A DNA stretch of 64,000 nt. Origin: Candidatus Pacearchaeota archaeon. GTDB lineage: Archaea > Nanobdellota > Nanobdellia > Pacearchaeales > GW2011-AR1. Below are positions 43,792 to 52,508 of this stretch, in pieces. How positions within the stretch are numbered: the first letter of the stretch is position 1; each line of letters starts with the position of its first letter. The DNA lies in the NCBI GenBank assembly GCA_023136775.1, contig JAGLQO010000018.1:20452-84451 (forward strand), written 5' to 3'. The translations under genes and the position numbers were made by a program. The notes beneath the pieces were generated by a model. The model ran no database searches. It was not told where the DNA came from and saw nothing but the letters and a program-made list of their open reading frames with translations.

Positions 43792-43828
43792 CTCCCATAT
43801 CTCCCAATGATATGAAAAGCTAAAAATT

Positions 43829-43849
43829 GTTTATATAGTTTTATATACC
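43829..43849 (-). promoter_or_regulatory. Tandem TATA-like boxes upstream of the 3608-aa gene
   Basis: The minus strand reads GGTATATAAAACTATATAAAC, 40-55 nt upstream of ATG 43791. GGGAG-type purine tracts sit next to the ATG. Confidence 0.3.
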
Positions 43850-43860
43850 GAGGAGAGAAT

Positions 43861-44032
43861 ATGGATTTTGGGGTTTTGGGGGCTTAAGATGAAAGACAAA
43901 TTTAGCTCGCGGATTTTAGGGACTTTAGGGATTCAAGATAATGATTTTTGGAGTTTTGATTTGGTTTTGGGAGTACTCTTCCATAAAAAATTACGGCATC
44001 TGCGGACACCGCATTTCTTATGGAAGATTTTT
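43861..44032 (+). repeat. Composite intergenic element (core, linker, A)
   Basis: GCTCGCGGATT 43905-43915. GGATTCAAGATAATGATTTTTGGAGT linker. A hairpin 43978-44026 (TGCG loop), then ATTTTT. Confidence 0.85.
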
Positions 44033-44106
44033 ATTTTGGATTTGTCGTCTATTAGTATAGACACCTTTATTAAATTTGGAATAGATTAAATATTGGGAGA
44101 TTAAAT

Positions 44107-45954
44107 ATGAAAAGAGAAATTGTTGTTGTATTATTCTTAGTATTTTTTGTGCAATTTTCTAGTGCTGCTCATTATATTTCTGGGTATGTTAATGATGCTC
44201 TTGATGGGGAAAGTGCGAATGGAAAAATTGTGACACTTTGGAATTATACTGCTGGGCAGTCTGACAATTTGACTGATATTGTTGGGGTTACTGGAAATTC
44301 TGGGGTTTCAAATGTTTACTTAATTGATTGTGAAATGTTAAATGGTGGATGTAGCGTTGGAGATATTTTGAGTTTGAAAATTTTTGGAACAAACTATATT
44401 ACAGAAATTGTAAATGTTACTGTAAGTAGTGCAGGATATGATGCTGTCCCAAATTTAACACTTAATTCTCCGCCAACTGCAATTCTTAATTATCCCGTTA
44501 ATTTTGGAAATGTTTCTGAGAATGTTGATTTTAATTGTTCTTATAATGATCATGATGAAAATATTGTAAGAGTAGCTCTTTGGGGAGATTGGCTTGGTGG
44601 ATGGCAGGAAATTGAAAGTCGAAACTTGGGCCCGAATAGTGGCTCAGTTATTTTTAGTAAAATTTTAACTCAGGATAATTATAAATGGAATTGTCAGGTT
44701 GAAGATGAACTCGGGGTAATGGATTTTTCGTTTAGCAATAATAGTTTTTTTGTTGATACTACCGCACCTGTAATTAATTTTGTTACTCCAGAATCTTTGG
44801 ATGTTTGTGGATATGGATCAATCGAAGTTAACTGTAGTGCTTATGACGAGAATTTAACTATTGGCTCAGTTATTATTGAATCTATTTCTCCGACAAATGA
44901 CAAGGTAAATTATTCTGCTAGTTTTGTTTCTGGAAATATATATAGGTCCAATGTTTTAGTTAATTCTATTGGGGATTGGAATTTTACCTGCTTTACAAAT
45001 GACAGCGTCGGGAATATGAATAGTTTGACTAGTGATTCTGTTGAGGTATTGTCTGGGAATGCTGAACTTTTGTTTACTAGTGGCATTGTTAATTTTGATA
45101 AAACTCCTACGGCGGAAAACGAAGTAATTAATGTTTCTGTAACTCTAGAAAATATTGGATGTGGAGTTGCCAACAATTTAATTGTTGGATTTTTTGATGG
45201 AGAAAAATTTAGCGGATTTAATTTTGACAACAAAACTGTTTCTATTGGGGCGAAGTCTACGATAAATGTTAGTGCTTTGTTTTCTACTAAAATTGGAATT
45301 AGCAATATTTTTGTTTATGCGGATTTAGAAGATTCTATTACAGAAGATAATGAAAGTAATAATGAAGCTAATAATTCGCTTTATTTGAAATCTTGGCAGA
45401 AGGTTTTTGGGAATTTGTCTGTTGATAAAATTTTGATGGGTGACGGAATTAATATGAATTTTTGGAGCGGAGAAACTAGTTTTAATGGAAATGTATTTAT
45501 TGCGGACACTGAAAGTCAAATTGAGTGGACTCAACTGCAAGCGATTGGTCGAACAAAAACTGATGCTGTTAGTTCTGACGACTTTAGTGAACTGGATAAT
45601 TTTCTTGGGATGAATCAATATAACGATTCGATTTATGATTTATTCACTGACGCTGGAAGTCCAAAAACTCTTAGTAATTTGAATGTTTTCAAGCGTGACA
45701 TAAATAATGTTGCTATTGTGAATACTTCTGTATCTGGGAATTTTGCTACTGGAATTTTATGGGATATGTCAGACTCTGCTAACGCGGAATATGATTCTGT
45801 TGAGGGTGAGGATGTTGTTTTTGTTACTCAAATAAATCGTGGGGCTGTTGGAGAGTTTGGAGTTTATGATTATGAGTTGGAGGTTCCTGCTAAGCTTCGG
45901 TCTTATGATGATGGGGAAGAAAGTGAAATATACCTTTACTACGATTTAAATTAG
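44107..45954 (+). CDS. Secreted multi-domain beta-sandwich protein (615 aa)
   Basis: Signal peptide IVVVLFLVFFVQFSSA. Shares its N-terminal domain with 26204..27385. CARDB-like block VINVSVTLENIGCGVANNLIVGFFDG. GGGAG 8 nt upstream of the ATG. Confidence 0.8.
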   Translation: MKREIVVVLFLVFFVQFSSAAHYISGYVNDALDGESANGKIVTLWNYTAGQSDNLTDIVGVTGNSGVSNVYLIDCEMLNGGCSVGDILSLKIFGTNYITEIVNVTVSSAGYDAVPNLTLNSPPTAILNYPVNFGNVSENVDFNCSYNDHDENIVRVALWGDWLGGWQEIESRNLGPNSGSVIFSKILTQDNYKWNCQVEDELGVMDFSFSNNSFFVDTTAPVINFVTPESLDVCGYGSIEVNCSAYDENLTIGSVIIESISPTNDKVNYSASFVSGNIYRSNVLVNSIGDWNFTCFTNDSVGNMNSLTSDSVEVLSGNAELLFTSGIVNFDKTPTAENEVINVSVTLENIGCGVANNLIVGFFDGEKFSGFNFDNKTVSIGAKSTINVSALFSTKIGISNIFVYADLEDSITEDNESNNEANNSLYLKSWQKVFGNLSVDKILMGDGINMNFWSGETSFNGNVFIADTESQIEWTQLQAIGRTKTDAVSSDDFSELDNFLGMNQYNDSIYDLFTDAGSPKTLSNLNVFKRDINNVAIVNTSVSGNFATGILWDMSDSANAEYDSVEGEDVVFVTQINRGAVGEFGVYDYELEVPAKLRSYDDGEESEIYLYYDLN

Positions 45955-46126
45955 TCTTTCGTTGAGAAGTATTCGCTGACAGAAAATCTACATTTTATTA
46001 TTAGCATTTTGAACGTTTGTTATTTTTTGAAGAATTAAATGTGGATTATTTTTTAAGTATCTAGAAAGGCAATTTTGGCCGTGGATTACTCAAGACTTTG
46101 CAGGATTCAAGACAGGAAAGCAATTA

Positions 46127-46165
46127 GCTCACGGATTTACACGGACGCTATCGCGTTCACGGATT
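46127..46165 (+). repeat. B module (CACGGAT-flanked variable hairpin)
   Basis: GCTCACGGATTTACACGG-ACGCtatcGCGT-TCACGGATT. Identical to the copy at 60743-60781. Confidence 0.9.
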
Positions 46166-46211
46166 CAAGACACTAGTCTGTATATTATTTTGTCTATTAA
46201 GTCATTGCCTT

Positions 46212-46251
46212 AATCTGTGAATGACGAAGTCATCCGTGAAAATCCGTGAGC
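46212..46251 (-). repeat. B module, the only minus-strand copy
   Basis: The reverse complement reads GCTCACGGATTTTCACGG-ATGACttcGTCAT-TCACAGATT. Its stem matches the copy at 59332. Confidence 0.9.
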
Positions 46252-46351
46252 AATTTTGTCTTGGAAATTTAGCAACAAGCATTTATTTTCGATAATTAAT
46301 AAATTAAATGTCGAAGACAAGATTTATATAATACTTTTTTTATGTTTTGAT

Positions 46352-48034
46352 ATGGGGAGAAGTGCAGTTGGGAGATTTGTATTATTTGCTTTAATCGGGA
46401 TGCTGATAACCAGTGGGGCTTTGGCTTTTGAGGCTGACCATATTGTTTCTAATTCGGAAAACTGGGAAGATGTTTATTCTACTATGCTTTATTCTAGTTT
46501 GAATGGGATTGGTGGGGATTTTTTAACGAGTACTAAACATGGTCCAATTTTACTTAGTTCTATTTCTACGGGTAAAGAAGTTTTGGTAGTAACTAGTAAG
46601 GATGAGCCCTTTGTTTTTAATTACGATTCTCAAATTAAAGCTCGGGGATTTGAAGACGCCGAGGAAATAAAAGTAGATTCTGCGAATTTAGAATTAGTTA
46701 AGGAGATGAAGGATACAAATAATTTTATTGTAGTTGGAAATTCATATGGATATAATGCTGTGGCAGTTACTCCTTATGCAATCCAAACTGATTCTTGGGT
46801 TTTTTTAGCGAATAGGGTTAATATTGCGGAAATTGAATCTATACTTAATAGAAGAGATATTGGACAATTGCTTGTTTATGGATATATGGATAGGGAAGTT
46901 AAGGAGGCTTTGGAAAAATTTAATCCTGTTGTAATTGATAACGGTAATCGATTTGAAGATAATGTTGAAATTGTTGAAAAATTTAAAGCTACTGATAATG
47001 CAAAACAAGTTTTGCTTAGCAATGGGGAATTTATTGAGCGAGAGATTATGCATGGGAAGCATCCTATTTTGTTTACTGGAAAAGAAAATGTTCCTGAACA
47101 GATTGCTGACTATTTGAAAACTAGTGATATTGAGGTTGGTGTTTTGATCGGGAATGAATTGATTAATGCTGCTACAAATATTCGAAGATCTACGGGAATT
47201 AGCGTTATGGTAAAATTCGCTCAAGGAGCTCGGGCTCAGACCGCTGGGATTTCTGCTGTTGAGGGTCTTGATTTATTTTACTTGCCAACACCAACGCTGA
47301 AATTAGATATTTATTCTGTTAAATATAATAAGGCTAGTTCTCAAATTGAGGTTACTTATCAAAGTAAATCCAATGTTCCTATTTATGTTAAGGGTACTTT
47401 GACTGCTAGTAGCGATGATGATGATATAAAAATGGGGGACACTGAACCTGTTTTTATTGCTCCAAGCGATTATAAAACTCTAGTTTATCCTGATGTCAAG
47501 TTAGAGGGGACTGGACTTAAGGCTAATATTTTTGTTTTATTTGGTGAGGTTAGTGACTCTTTAGATAGGATGATTGAGGGTGAATTTGATATGGGAATTA
47601 TTAATGTTATTGACAAATGTGAAGTTGAAATTAATTCTGTTCATTATAATAAACAAGCTAAAAAGTTTTATGTGACTGTTAAAGACAAAAGTAAGGTTGA
47701 TTGTTTTGTAGATATTGAACTTACTGATGTTTCTATTAATGGAATTGAACAAACTATTGGAACGGAGGGTTCGGTTTTAGTTAAGGGTGGAAAGAAAACC
47801 AAAATTGAAATTAAGCAAAGAATGAATAACGACGATTTATATGATAATCAATTTGTGAATGCTGTTGCTTATTTTGGAGAGAGAGAAGAAACTTTGATAA
47901 AAGTATTTAGAGGAAAGTTTGAACTTAATGTTGATAATTTGACTGGAACTACTTGGGCTATAATTTTAGTTTTGATTTTGATTATTGTGATTGGGCTTGT
48001 TTTATGGAAAAGAAAACGGGATGATGAATGGTAA
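46352..48034 (+). CDS. Secreted, C-terminally TM-anchored envelope protein
   Basis: Start moved to ATG 46352 (MGRSAVGRFVLFALIGMLITSGALA). The track's upstream extension translates a repeat module. C-terminal TM WAIILVLILIIVIGLVLW, then KRKRDDEW. Confidence 0.75.
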   Translation: MGRSAVGRFVLFALIGMLITSGALAFEADHIVSNSENWEDVYSTMLYSSLNGIGGDFLTSTKHGPILLSSISTGKEVLVVTSKDEPFVFNYDSQIKARGFEDAEEIKVDSANLELVKEMKDTNNFIVVGNSYGYNAVAVTPYAIQTDSWVFLANRVNIAEIESILNRRDIGQLLVYGYMDREVKEALEKFNPVVIDNGNRFEDNVEIVEKFKATDNAKQVLLSNGEFIEREIMHGKHPILFTGKENVPEQIADYLKTSDIEVGVLIGNELINAATNIRRSTGISVMVKFAQGARAQTAGISAVEGLDLFYLPTPTLKLDIYSVKYNKASSQIEVTYQSKSNVPIYVKGTLTASSDDDDIKMGDTEPVFIAPSDYKTLVYPDVKLEGTGLKANIFVLFGEVSDSLDRMIEGEFDMGIINVIDKCEVEINSVHYNKQAKKFYVTVKDKSKVDCFVDIELTDVSINGIEQTIGTEGSVLVKGGKKTKIEIKQRMNNDDLYDNQFVNAVAYFGEREETLIKVFRGKFELNVDNLTGTTWAIILVLILIIVIGLVLWKRKRDDEW

Positions 48035-48100
48035 ATCGAAAAAATTTCTGGTGGTCATTTGACACTCCCAGATACAAATCTTCGGGTCGAAATTTTCTTC

Positions 48101-48299
48101 GTAAAAATCCACACGCGGCTGCGGCACACCTCTAATTTGTAAATTATGAGGCGATTTTAGATTCCAAATCCCTTACCGACTTCGTCGCAGATGATTTGAT
48201 ATATTGAGGGAATTTCTTTGAAATTCCCGACTTGTTCAACTTTCTTCCATAAGAAATTACGGCATCTTCGGACGCCGCATTTCTCATGGAGTGTTTTTT
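48101..48299 (+). repeat. 3-prime element: multi-stem module E plus an A hairpin and T-run (candidate structured RNA or terminator)
   Basis: GTAAAAATCCACAC..ATTTTAGATTCC, P1 CAAATC/GATTTG, hairpin GGGAATTTCtttGAAATTCCC (48208-48228). A hairpin 48244-48291 (TTCG loop), T-run 48294-48299. Starts 67 nt after the stop of 46352..48034. Confidence 0.85.
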
Positions 48300-48309
48300 G
48301 ATTCTATAA

Positions 48310-48319
48310 TTTTATATAT
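48310..48319 (+). promoter_or_regulatory. TATA-like box for the phosphoesterase gene
   Basis: TTTTATATAT is centred ~28 nt upstream of ATG 48343, consistent with a leaderless archaeal transcript. Confidence 0.35.
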
Positions 48320-48342
48320 CGTGATTTATTATATTTGTTAAG

Positions 48343-49146
48343 ATGAAAATTTGTGCTATTGGCGACCCTCATGGGGATGTAAAAAAAATAAGAAAGATTC
48401 CTTTGAGGGGTGTTGATTTAATTTTAATCACTGGAGATGTCGGTAAAGCTGATTTTGCTCGAAATAGATTTTTTGAAAATAAGAAGAGAGAAATTGATGG
48501 GCTGGAAAAATTAAAATATACTAATAAAGATAGTATGACTGCTACTTTGGAAATATTTAATTCATCTATTAATGTATGGGAATACACTTCCAAAATTGCA
48601 CCCACCTATTCAATTCTTGGAAATGTCGGAATGTATATGATTTATGATTCAAACATAAAAAAAGAAGAGAAGAAATATGGATTAAAACTTCCTTCACTTA
48701 GACAAGGTATGAACAAGGTAAATGATTTTTATTTTGTCAGAAATCGAACAAGAATTATCGATGGACTCCGAGTTGGATTCTTAGAATATTTCGTTGACGA
48801 TTGTTGGAATAAAGAATATAGGGTAAAAGATAAAAAGAAAATTGCTGCGGCAAAAAAAGAAACCATAAAGGCAAAACGTATTTTAAATAATTTTAAAGAT
48901 TTAGACATTCTTGTTTGCCATCAGCCGCCTTATGGATATCTTGATAAGACAAATAACCCTTCGGCTCTAAAAGAATGGCAGGGGAAACATGCTGGAAGCA
49001 AGGTTATTCTAGATTATATAAAAAAGAATCAACCGAAGTATGTCTTTTGTGGACATATCCATGAGGCTGAAGGTCATGTGAAAATTGGAAAAACTGAAGT
49101 TTATAATTTAGGTGTAGCTGGGCACAAAATTATCGATTTAAAATAA
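48343..49146 (+). CDS. Calcineurin-like metallophosphoesterase
   Basis: Motifs ICAIGDPHGD, LITGDVGK, GNVG, HQPPYG and GHIHE appear in the canonical order. Confidence 0.85.
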   Translation: MKICAIGDPHGDVKKIRKIPLRGVDLILITGDVGKADFARNRFFENKKREIDGLEKLKYTNKDSMTATLEIFNSSINVWEYTSKIAPTYSILGNVGMYMIYDSNIKKEEKKYGLKLPSLRQGMNKVNDFYFVRNRTRIIDGLRVGFLEYFVDDCWNKEYRVKDKKKIAAAKKETIKAKRILNNFKDLDILVCHQPPYGYLDKTNNPSALKEWQGKHAGSKVILDYIKKNQPKYVFCGHIHEAEGHVKIGKTEVYNLGVAGHKIIDLK

Positions 49147-49179
49147 CCTTTCTTGACCAATGGCAGATTTAATAATTTT

Positions 49180-49240
49180 CTTCCATAAAAAATCATAGCG
49201 ATTTTTCCTTTGGAAAAAACGCCAATGATTTCTCATGGAG
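49180..49240 (+). terminator. Long-form A hairpin between convergent genes (possible terminator)
   Basis: CTTCCATAAAAAATCATAGCGATTTTTCCTTTGGAAAAAACGCCAATGATTTCTCATGGAG. Lies 34 nt after the stop of 48343..49146 and 18 nt from the stop of 49258..50064. The following T-run is weak (TGTTTTGG). Confidence 0.4.
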
Positions 49241-49257
49241 TGTTTTGGTTTAGAATA

Positions 49258-50064
49258 TTATTTTTTGGGTTTTTTTGGAGAGGTGGGTTTTTTTGGAGTA
49301 ATTTTTGTTGGTTTTGGTTTTGTTGTGGGTGATTTCATCTTAGCTTTGGGTGTGCTTTTTGTTGGTAGTGGTTCTAATAGTTTCTCATTAGCTTCCTCTG
49401 CGGCTTGTTTTTCTTGTGTTAATTCTATTTCTTTTCTGTTTAAGTTTTTTTCATGCTCTTCGTCAATTTTTATTTGCAATCCTTTCATTGGAATTATTAC
49501 TGATTCTACTTCTGTAAAAATTTTATAGATTGATTCTAAATCTTTTTTTACAATAGAAGATTTCCATATTTTTGTTTTTAATGGAATTTGCAATAATTTC
49601 AAACCTTGGAGTGATAAATTATTTCCTTTTTTTTGTAAATCCGATTTGTCTTGTTTTAGTAAATTTGTCTTGTCTATTATTGCTGCAACTATATCCTCTT
49701 TAGCGATGTCTTCGGCTTCTTTTACTGTATCGAATTTTATTGTTGATTTTGACTTTTGCATAAATTTGTTTGTTTTCATGTAAAGCATTGATTCGATTAA
49801 TTTTTTGTCTTCGACGGTCTGTGGTTTTGGTTTTGGCTCTGGGGGCAATGTGGGACAAGGTGGTAATTTTAAAGACTCTCCAAGCTTTGGTATTGGAAAT
49901 TTTTTACCGTCTTTAGTTATACCTTCTGTTTTAGTTGTAGCTCTCGAATTTTTTGAGCTTGACTTAGAGCTAGCTTTGGGTTTTTTTGAGGGTTTGACTG
50001 GTTTTGGTTTACGTTTAACATTTGAGGTTTTTTTAGGTTTTTTAGAAGTTGTTTTTCGTGCCAT
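49258..50064 (-). CDS. Lys/Pro-rich protein with a helical core homologous to 14791..15114
   Basis: Both termini are K/P/S/T-rich (KKPKKTSNVKRKPKPVKPSKKPK and KSPTTKPKPTKITPKKPTSPKKPKK). The core is KLLQIPLKTKIWKSSIVKKDLESIYKIF. Its ATG overlaps the ATPase stop by 1 nt (TAATG). Confidence 0.7.
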   Translation of the reverse strand: MARKTTSKKPKKTSNVKRKPKPVKPSKKPKASSKSSSKNSRATTKTEGITKDGKKFPIPKLGESLKLPPCPTLPPEPKPKPQTVEDKKLIESMLYMKTNKFMQKSKSTIKFDTVKEAEDIAKEDIVAAIIDKTNLLKQDKSDLQKKGNNLSLQGLKLLQIPLKTKIWKSSIVKKDLESIYKIFTEVESVIIPMKGLQIKIDEEHEKNLNRKEIELTQEKQAAEEANEKLLEPLPTKSTPKAKMKSPTTKPKPTKITPKKPTSPKKPKK

Positions 50065-52508
50065 TATTTTTTAGAGGATTTAGTCTTTGGTTTTGCTGGT
50101 TTTGGTTTTGCCTTAGGTTTTGGGCTTGCTGGTTTTTTAGAGGTTGGTTTTGGCTTGGTAGTTTTTTTTGTTGGGATAACTGATTTTTCTTTTCCGTCCC
50201 ATGCATTTATTTGTTTTATTAATTCTTTTTTGTCTTTTACTGATGACATCCTTGCTCCGAACGATTTTGAAATTTGCTCTAACCATTTTGCTATTTCATT
50301 TTTTTCTTCGTTTACATGAATCGCAAAAGTTTCGTCGTCTAATATTGGCATATATTGTTTTAATTCTTTCAAGCAGGAAATCATTGCTCCATTGTCAAAA
50401 GTTAATGGACTTACTATTTTTTCATTAAGTTCTTCCATCGGGTCAAAGTTTTTGTCGGCTATTGCCTTTTCTTCTGCTGCGGCAACCTCCTTTGCTTTAT
50501 CACTTTCTGCTTTTGCTTCTGCAACTGAAGCTTTAATTTTCTCCAAATCTACTAATTTAACTTCCCTCTTCTTTGGTTTTTTTCCAAGCTTGCTCCACTG
50601 TTTTGCCATTCTGGGTTCAATACCTTCAAGATAAATATCTACAACTGAAAAATTACCTGTCATGATTTTATCTTTGACTAATTTTATTTCCATTTTCAAA
50701 TCAAAAACATCCACTTTCAAGACTTCCAGTTGCTCTAATTGATTTTCAAATTCATCTACTTTGTCGTTGTATTTATTGTATTTTTGCAATTCCTCGTCGC
50801 TAAGACGTCTTGTATTATGAAGTATTGGACGAAATTGCACAAAGTATGGGTTTGCGTGATTATATGCTGGATTAACTACCATTCCAACTCCAACTGAAGC
50901 TTTAACTAAAGACTGCAAAAATTCATCTCCATATTTTGTTTTAATACGATTTAAATCTCCTTCATCCCTCGTTCTCATCTGAACTTCTGTTGAAATATTT
51001 GCTTTAATTTGTCCTGCGAAGTCGGACAAGACCTGAGAAATTAAAGCTACTCCATATCCCCACTTTCGAAATTCTCGGCAAGCTCTTTCGATTTGCACAA
51101 ATCCTTCGCCTGTGCCTCCAAACTTTGGTAAAATTCTATGAATCTCGTCAAAAACTAAAAGTGTTCTAAGTGTTGGATATTCTTTTGGGTCACTTTTAAA
51201 AATTTGTCTAATAATATTTGCAATGAAAATGTCCATATCTTTTGGCTGAAGTTTATTTAATGTAAAAATTTGAATATGTCCTGGTTCGAAATATTTTTCT
51301 ATATCTATAACTTGTCTTGCGTCTTGAACCGCTCTTATATTTCCTGGAAATCCTCTAGCATCTGTTTTTTTCATTCCAAATTCTGGATAAAGTGCAAACA
51401 TTTTTTTATCATCACATTTTCTAAGCATTCCAGACCACTGAGCTGTTGGGTCAAAAACAATTACGCAAACATTTTGTTTCAAAGCTTCTTCGATTATATC
51501 TTGAGCGGCAATTGATTTTCCACCTCCAGTTGCTCCAGCCACAATACAATGTGTCGTTAATTTATGTGGGTCAATATATGCCATTTTTTTTCTTTCCGCA
51601 ATTTTACCTAGCCATAAAAACTTTTTATTTGGTTTTTCTAATGTCTTCATATCTAAAGTCATTTTATATTTCTTAGAATTTTTTATATGCCTAAGAATTA
51701 ATAATATTATGATTATGATTGTTAAAATTGAGCTTATAAAAACAAAAATTGTCCAAACAGGAAATACCCCAAAAAGCTTTCTTTTCATAAATGGAATTTC
51801 TGCTAGAAATAAAGATTCTGAATAAATTAATTTATCGCCGTAATTTGTGGTTACTGTTAAAGTATAATACCCTGAAGTTAGATTATCTGGGAAATCAAAA
51901 TCTTTTAGGATTTGCGTGGAACTTGTTATGTTTAAAATTTCTTTTCCGAGAAAAATTGTGTCATTGGATATTCCGACCATTTTGTATTCAAAAAAAACGT
52001 CGTTGACATCTTCTGGTTTTAATTTTGTGATATCTATTCTTGCTTCGATTTCTTTTGTTAATAAAAATTTATTTTTTATTAAATGTAAATCTACTAGTAA
52101 TAACGGGTCGAGTGAATAATCTACTATTGATAAATTAATTGGAATAATTTCAGAAACTCCTCCTGACAATTTTACTTTCCCTTGATAGTTTCCTATTTCA
52201 ATTCCTTTAATATAAAAACTTAATTCTGAAATATTTTTTGGTTCAATTGTTAATTGAGATTTTTCTAGTGTAATAAATTCTGAGGCGTCGCCTTCGATAG
52301 AAAATTCAATTTTTAATGGTAAATTTAATTTGTTTTCAACTCTTATTGAATCTTCTAAAATGTTTCCTTCTTTTACAATTCTATGAATCTTGTCTCTGGA
52401 AATTTCATAGTTTTCTGAAATAATTGCTTCTCCATATTGTGCCCCTGCAGAAACAAACGAGGAAAATATTATGAATGATAAAAATAAGATTATTAATTTA
52501 TTTTTCAT
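50064..52508 (-). CDS. Second ectodomain-TM-HerA/FtsK-type ATPase fusion (814 aa), paralog of 15116..18799
   Basis: Signal peptide LIILFLSFIIFSSFVSA and a ~240-aa ectodomain. TM FPVWTIFVFISSILTIIIIILLIL. Walker A VAGATGGGKS (DNA ~51514-51543) and Walker B LLVFDEIHRILP. Long near-identical stretches with ATPase 1 (FDPTAQWSGMLRKC, GFPGNIRAV, HIQIFTLNKLQPKDMDIF, FRPILHNTRRLSDEEL). Tail KPKPTSKKPASPKPKAKPKPAKPKTKSSKK. Confidence 0.9.
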   Translation of the reverse strand: MKNKLIILFLSFIIFSSFVSAGAQYGEAIISENYEISRDKIHRIVKEGNILEDSIRVENKLNLPLKIEFSIEGDASEFITLEKSQLTIEPKNISELSFYIKGIEIGNYQGKVKLSGGVSEIIPINLSIVDYSLDPLLLVDLHLIKNKFLLTKEIEARIDITKLKPEDVNDVFFEYKMVGISNDTIFLGKEILNITSSTQILKDFDFPDNLTSGYYTLTVTTNYGDKLIYSESLFLAEIPFMKRKLFGVFPVWTIFVFISSILTIIIIILLILRHIKNSKKYKMTLDMKTLEKPNKKFLWLGKIAERKKMAYIDPHKLTTHCIVAGATGGGKSIAAQDIIEEALKQNVCVIVFDPTAQWSGMLRKCDDKKMFALYPEFGMKKTDARGFPGNIRAVQDARQVIDIEKYFEPGHIQIFTLNKLQPKDMDIFIANIIRQIFKSDPKEYPTLRTLLVFDEIHRILPKFGGTGEGFVQIERACREFRKWGYGVALISQVLSDFAGQIKANISTEVQMRTRDEGDLNRIKTKYGDEFLQSLVKASVGVGMVVNPAYNHANPYFVQFRPILHNTRRLSDEELQKYNKYNDKVDEFENQLEQLEVLKVDVFDLKMEIKLVKDKIMTGNFSVVDIYLEGIEPRMAKQWSKLGKKPKKREVKLVDLEKIKASVAEAKAESDKAKEVAAAEEKAIADKNFDPMEELNEKIVSPLTFDNGAMISCLKELKQYMPILDDETFAIHVNEEKNEIAKWLEQISKSFGARMSSVKDKKELIKQINAWDGKEKSVIPTKKTTKPKPTSKKPASPKPKAKPKPAKPKTKSSKK

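Noticed and set aside
49235-50074. Plus-strand ORFs 49235..49528 and 49805..50074 (Gly/Phe-rich)
   Set aside because: They are antisense translations of the Lys/Pro-rich tracts of 49258..50064 (AAA/CCA codons read as TTT/TGG on the other strand). They are compositional artefacts.
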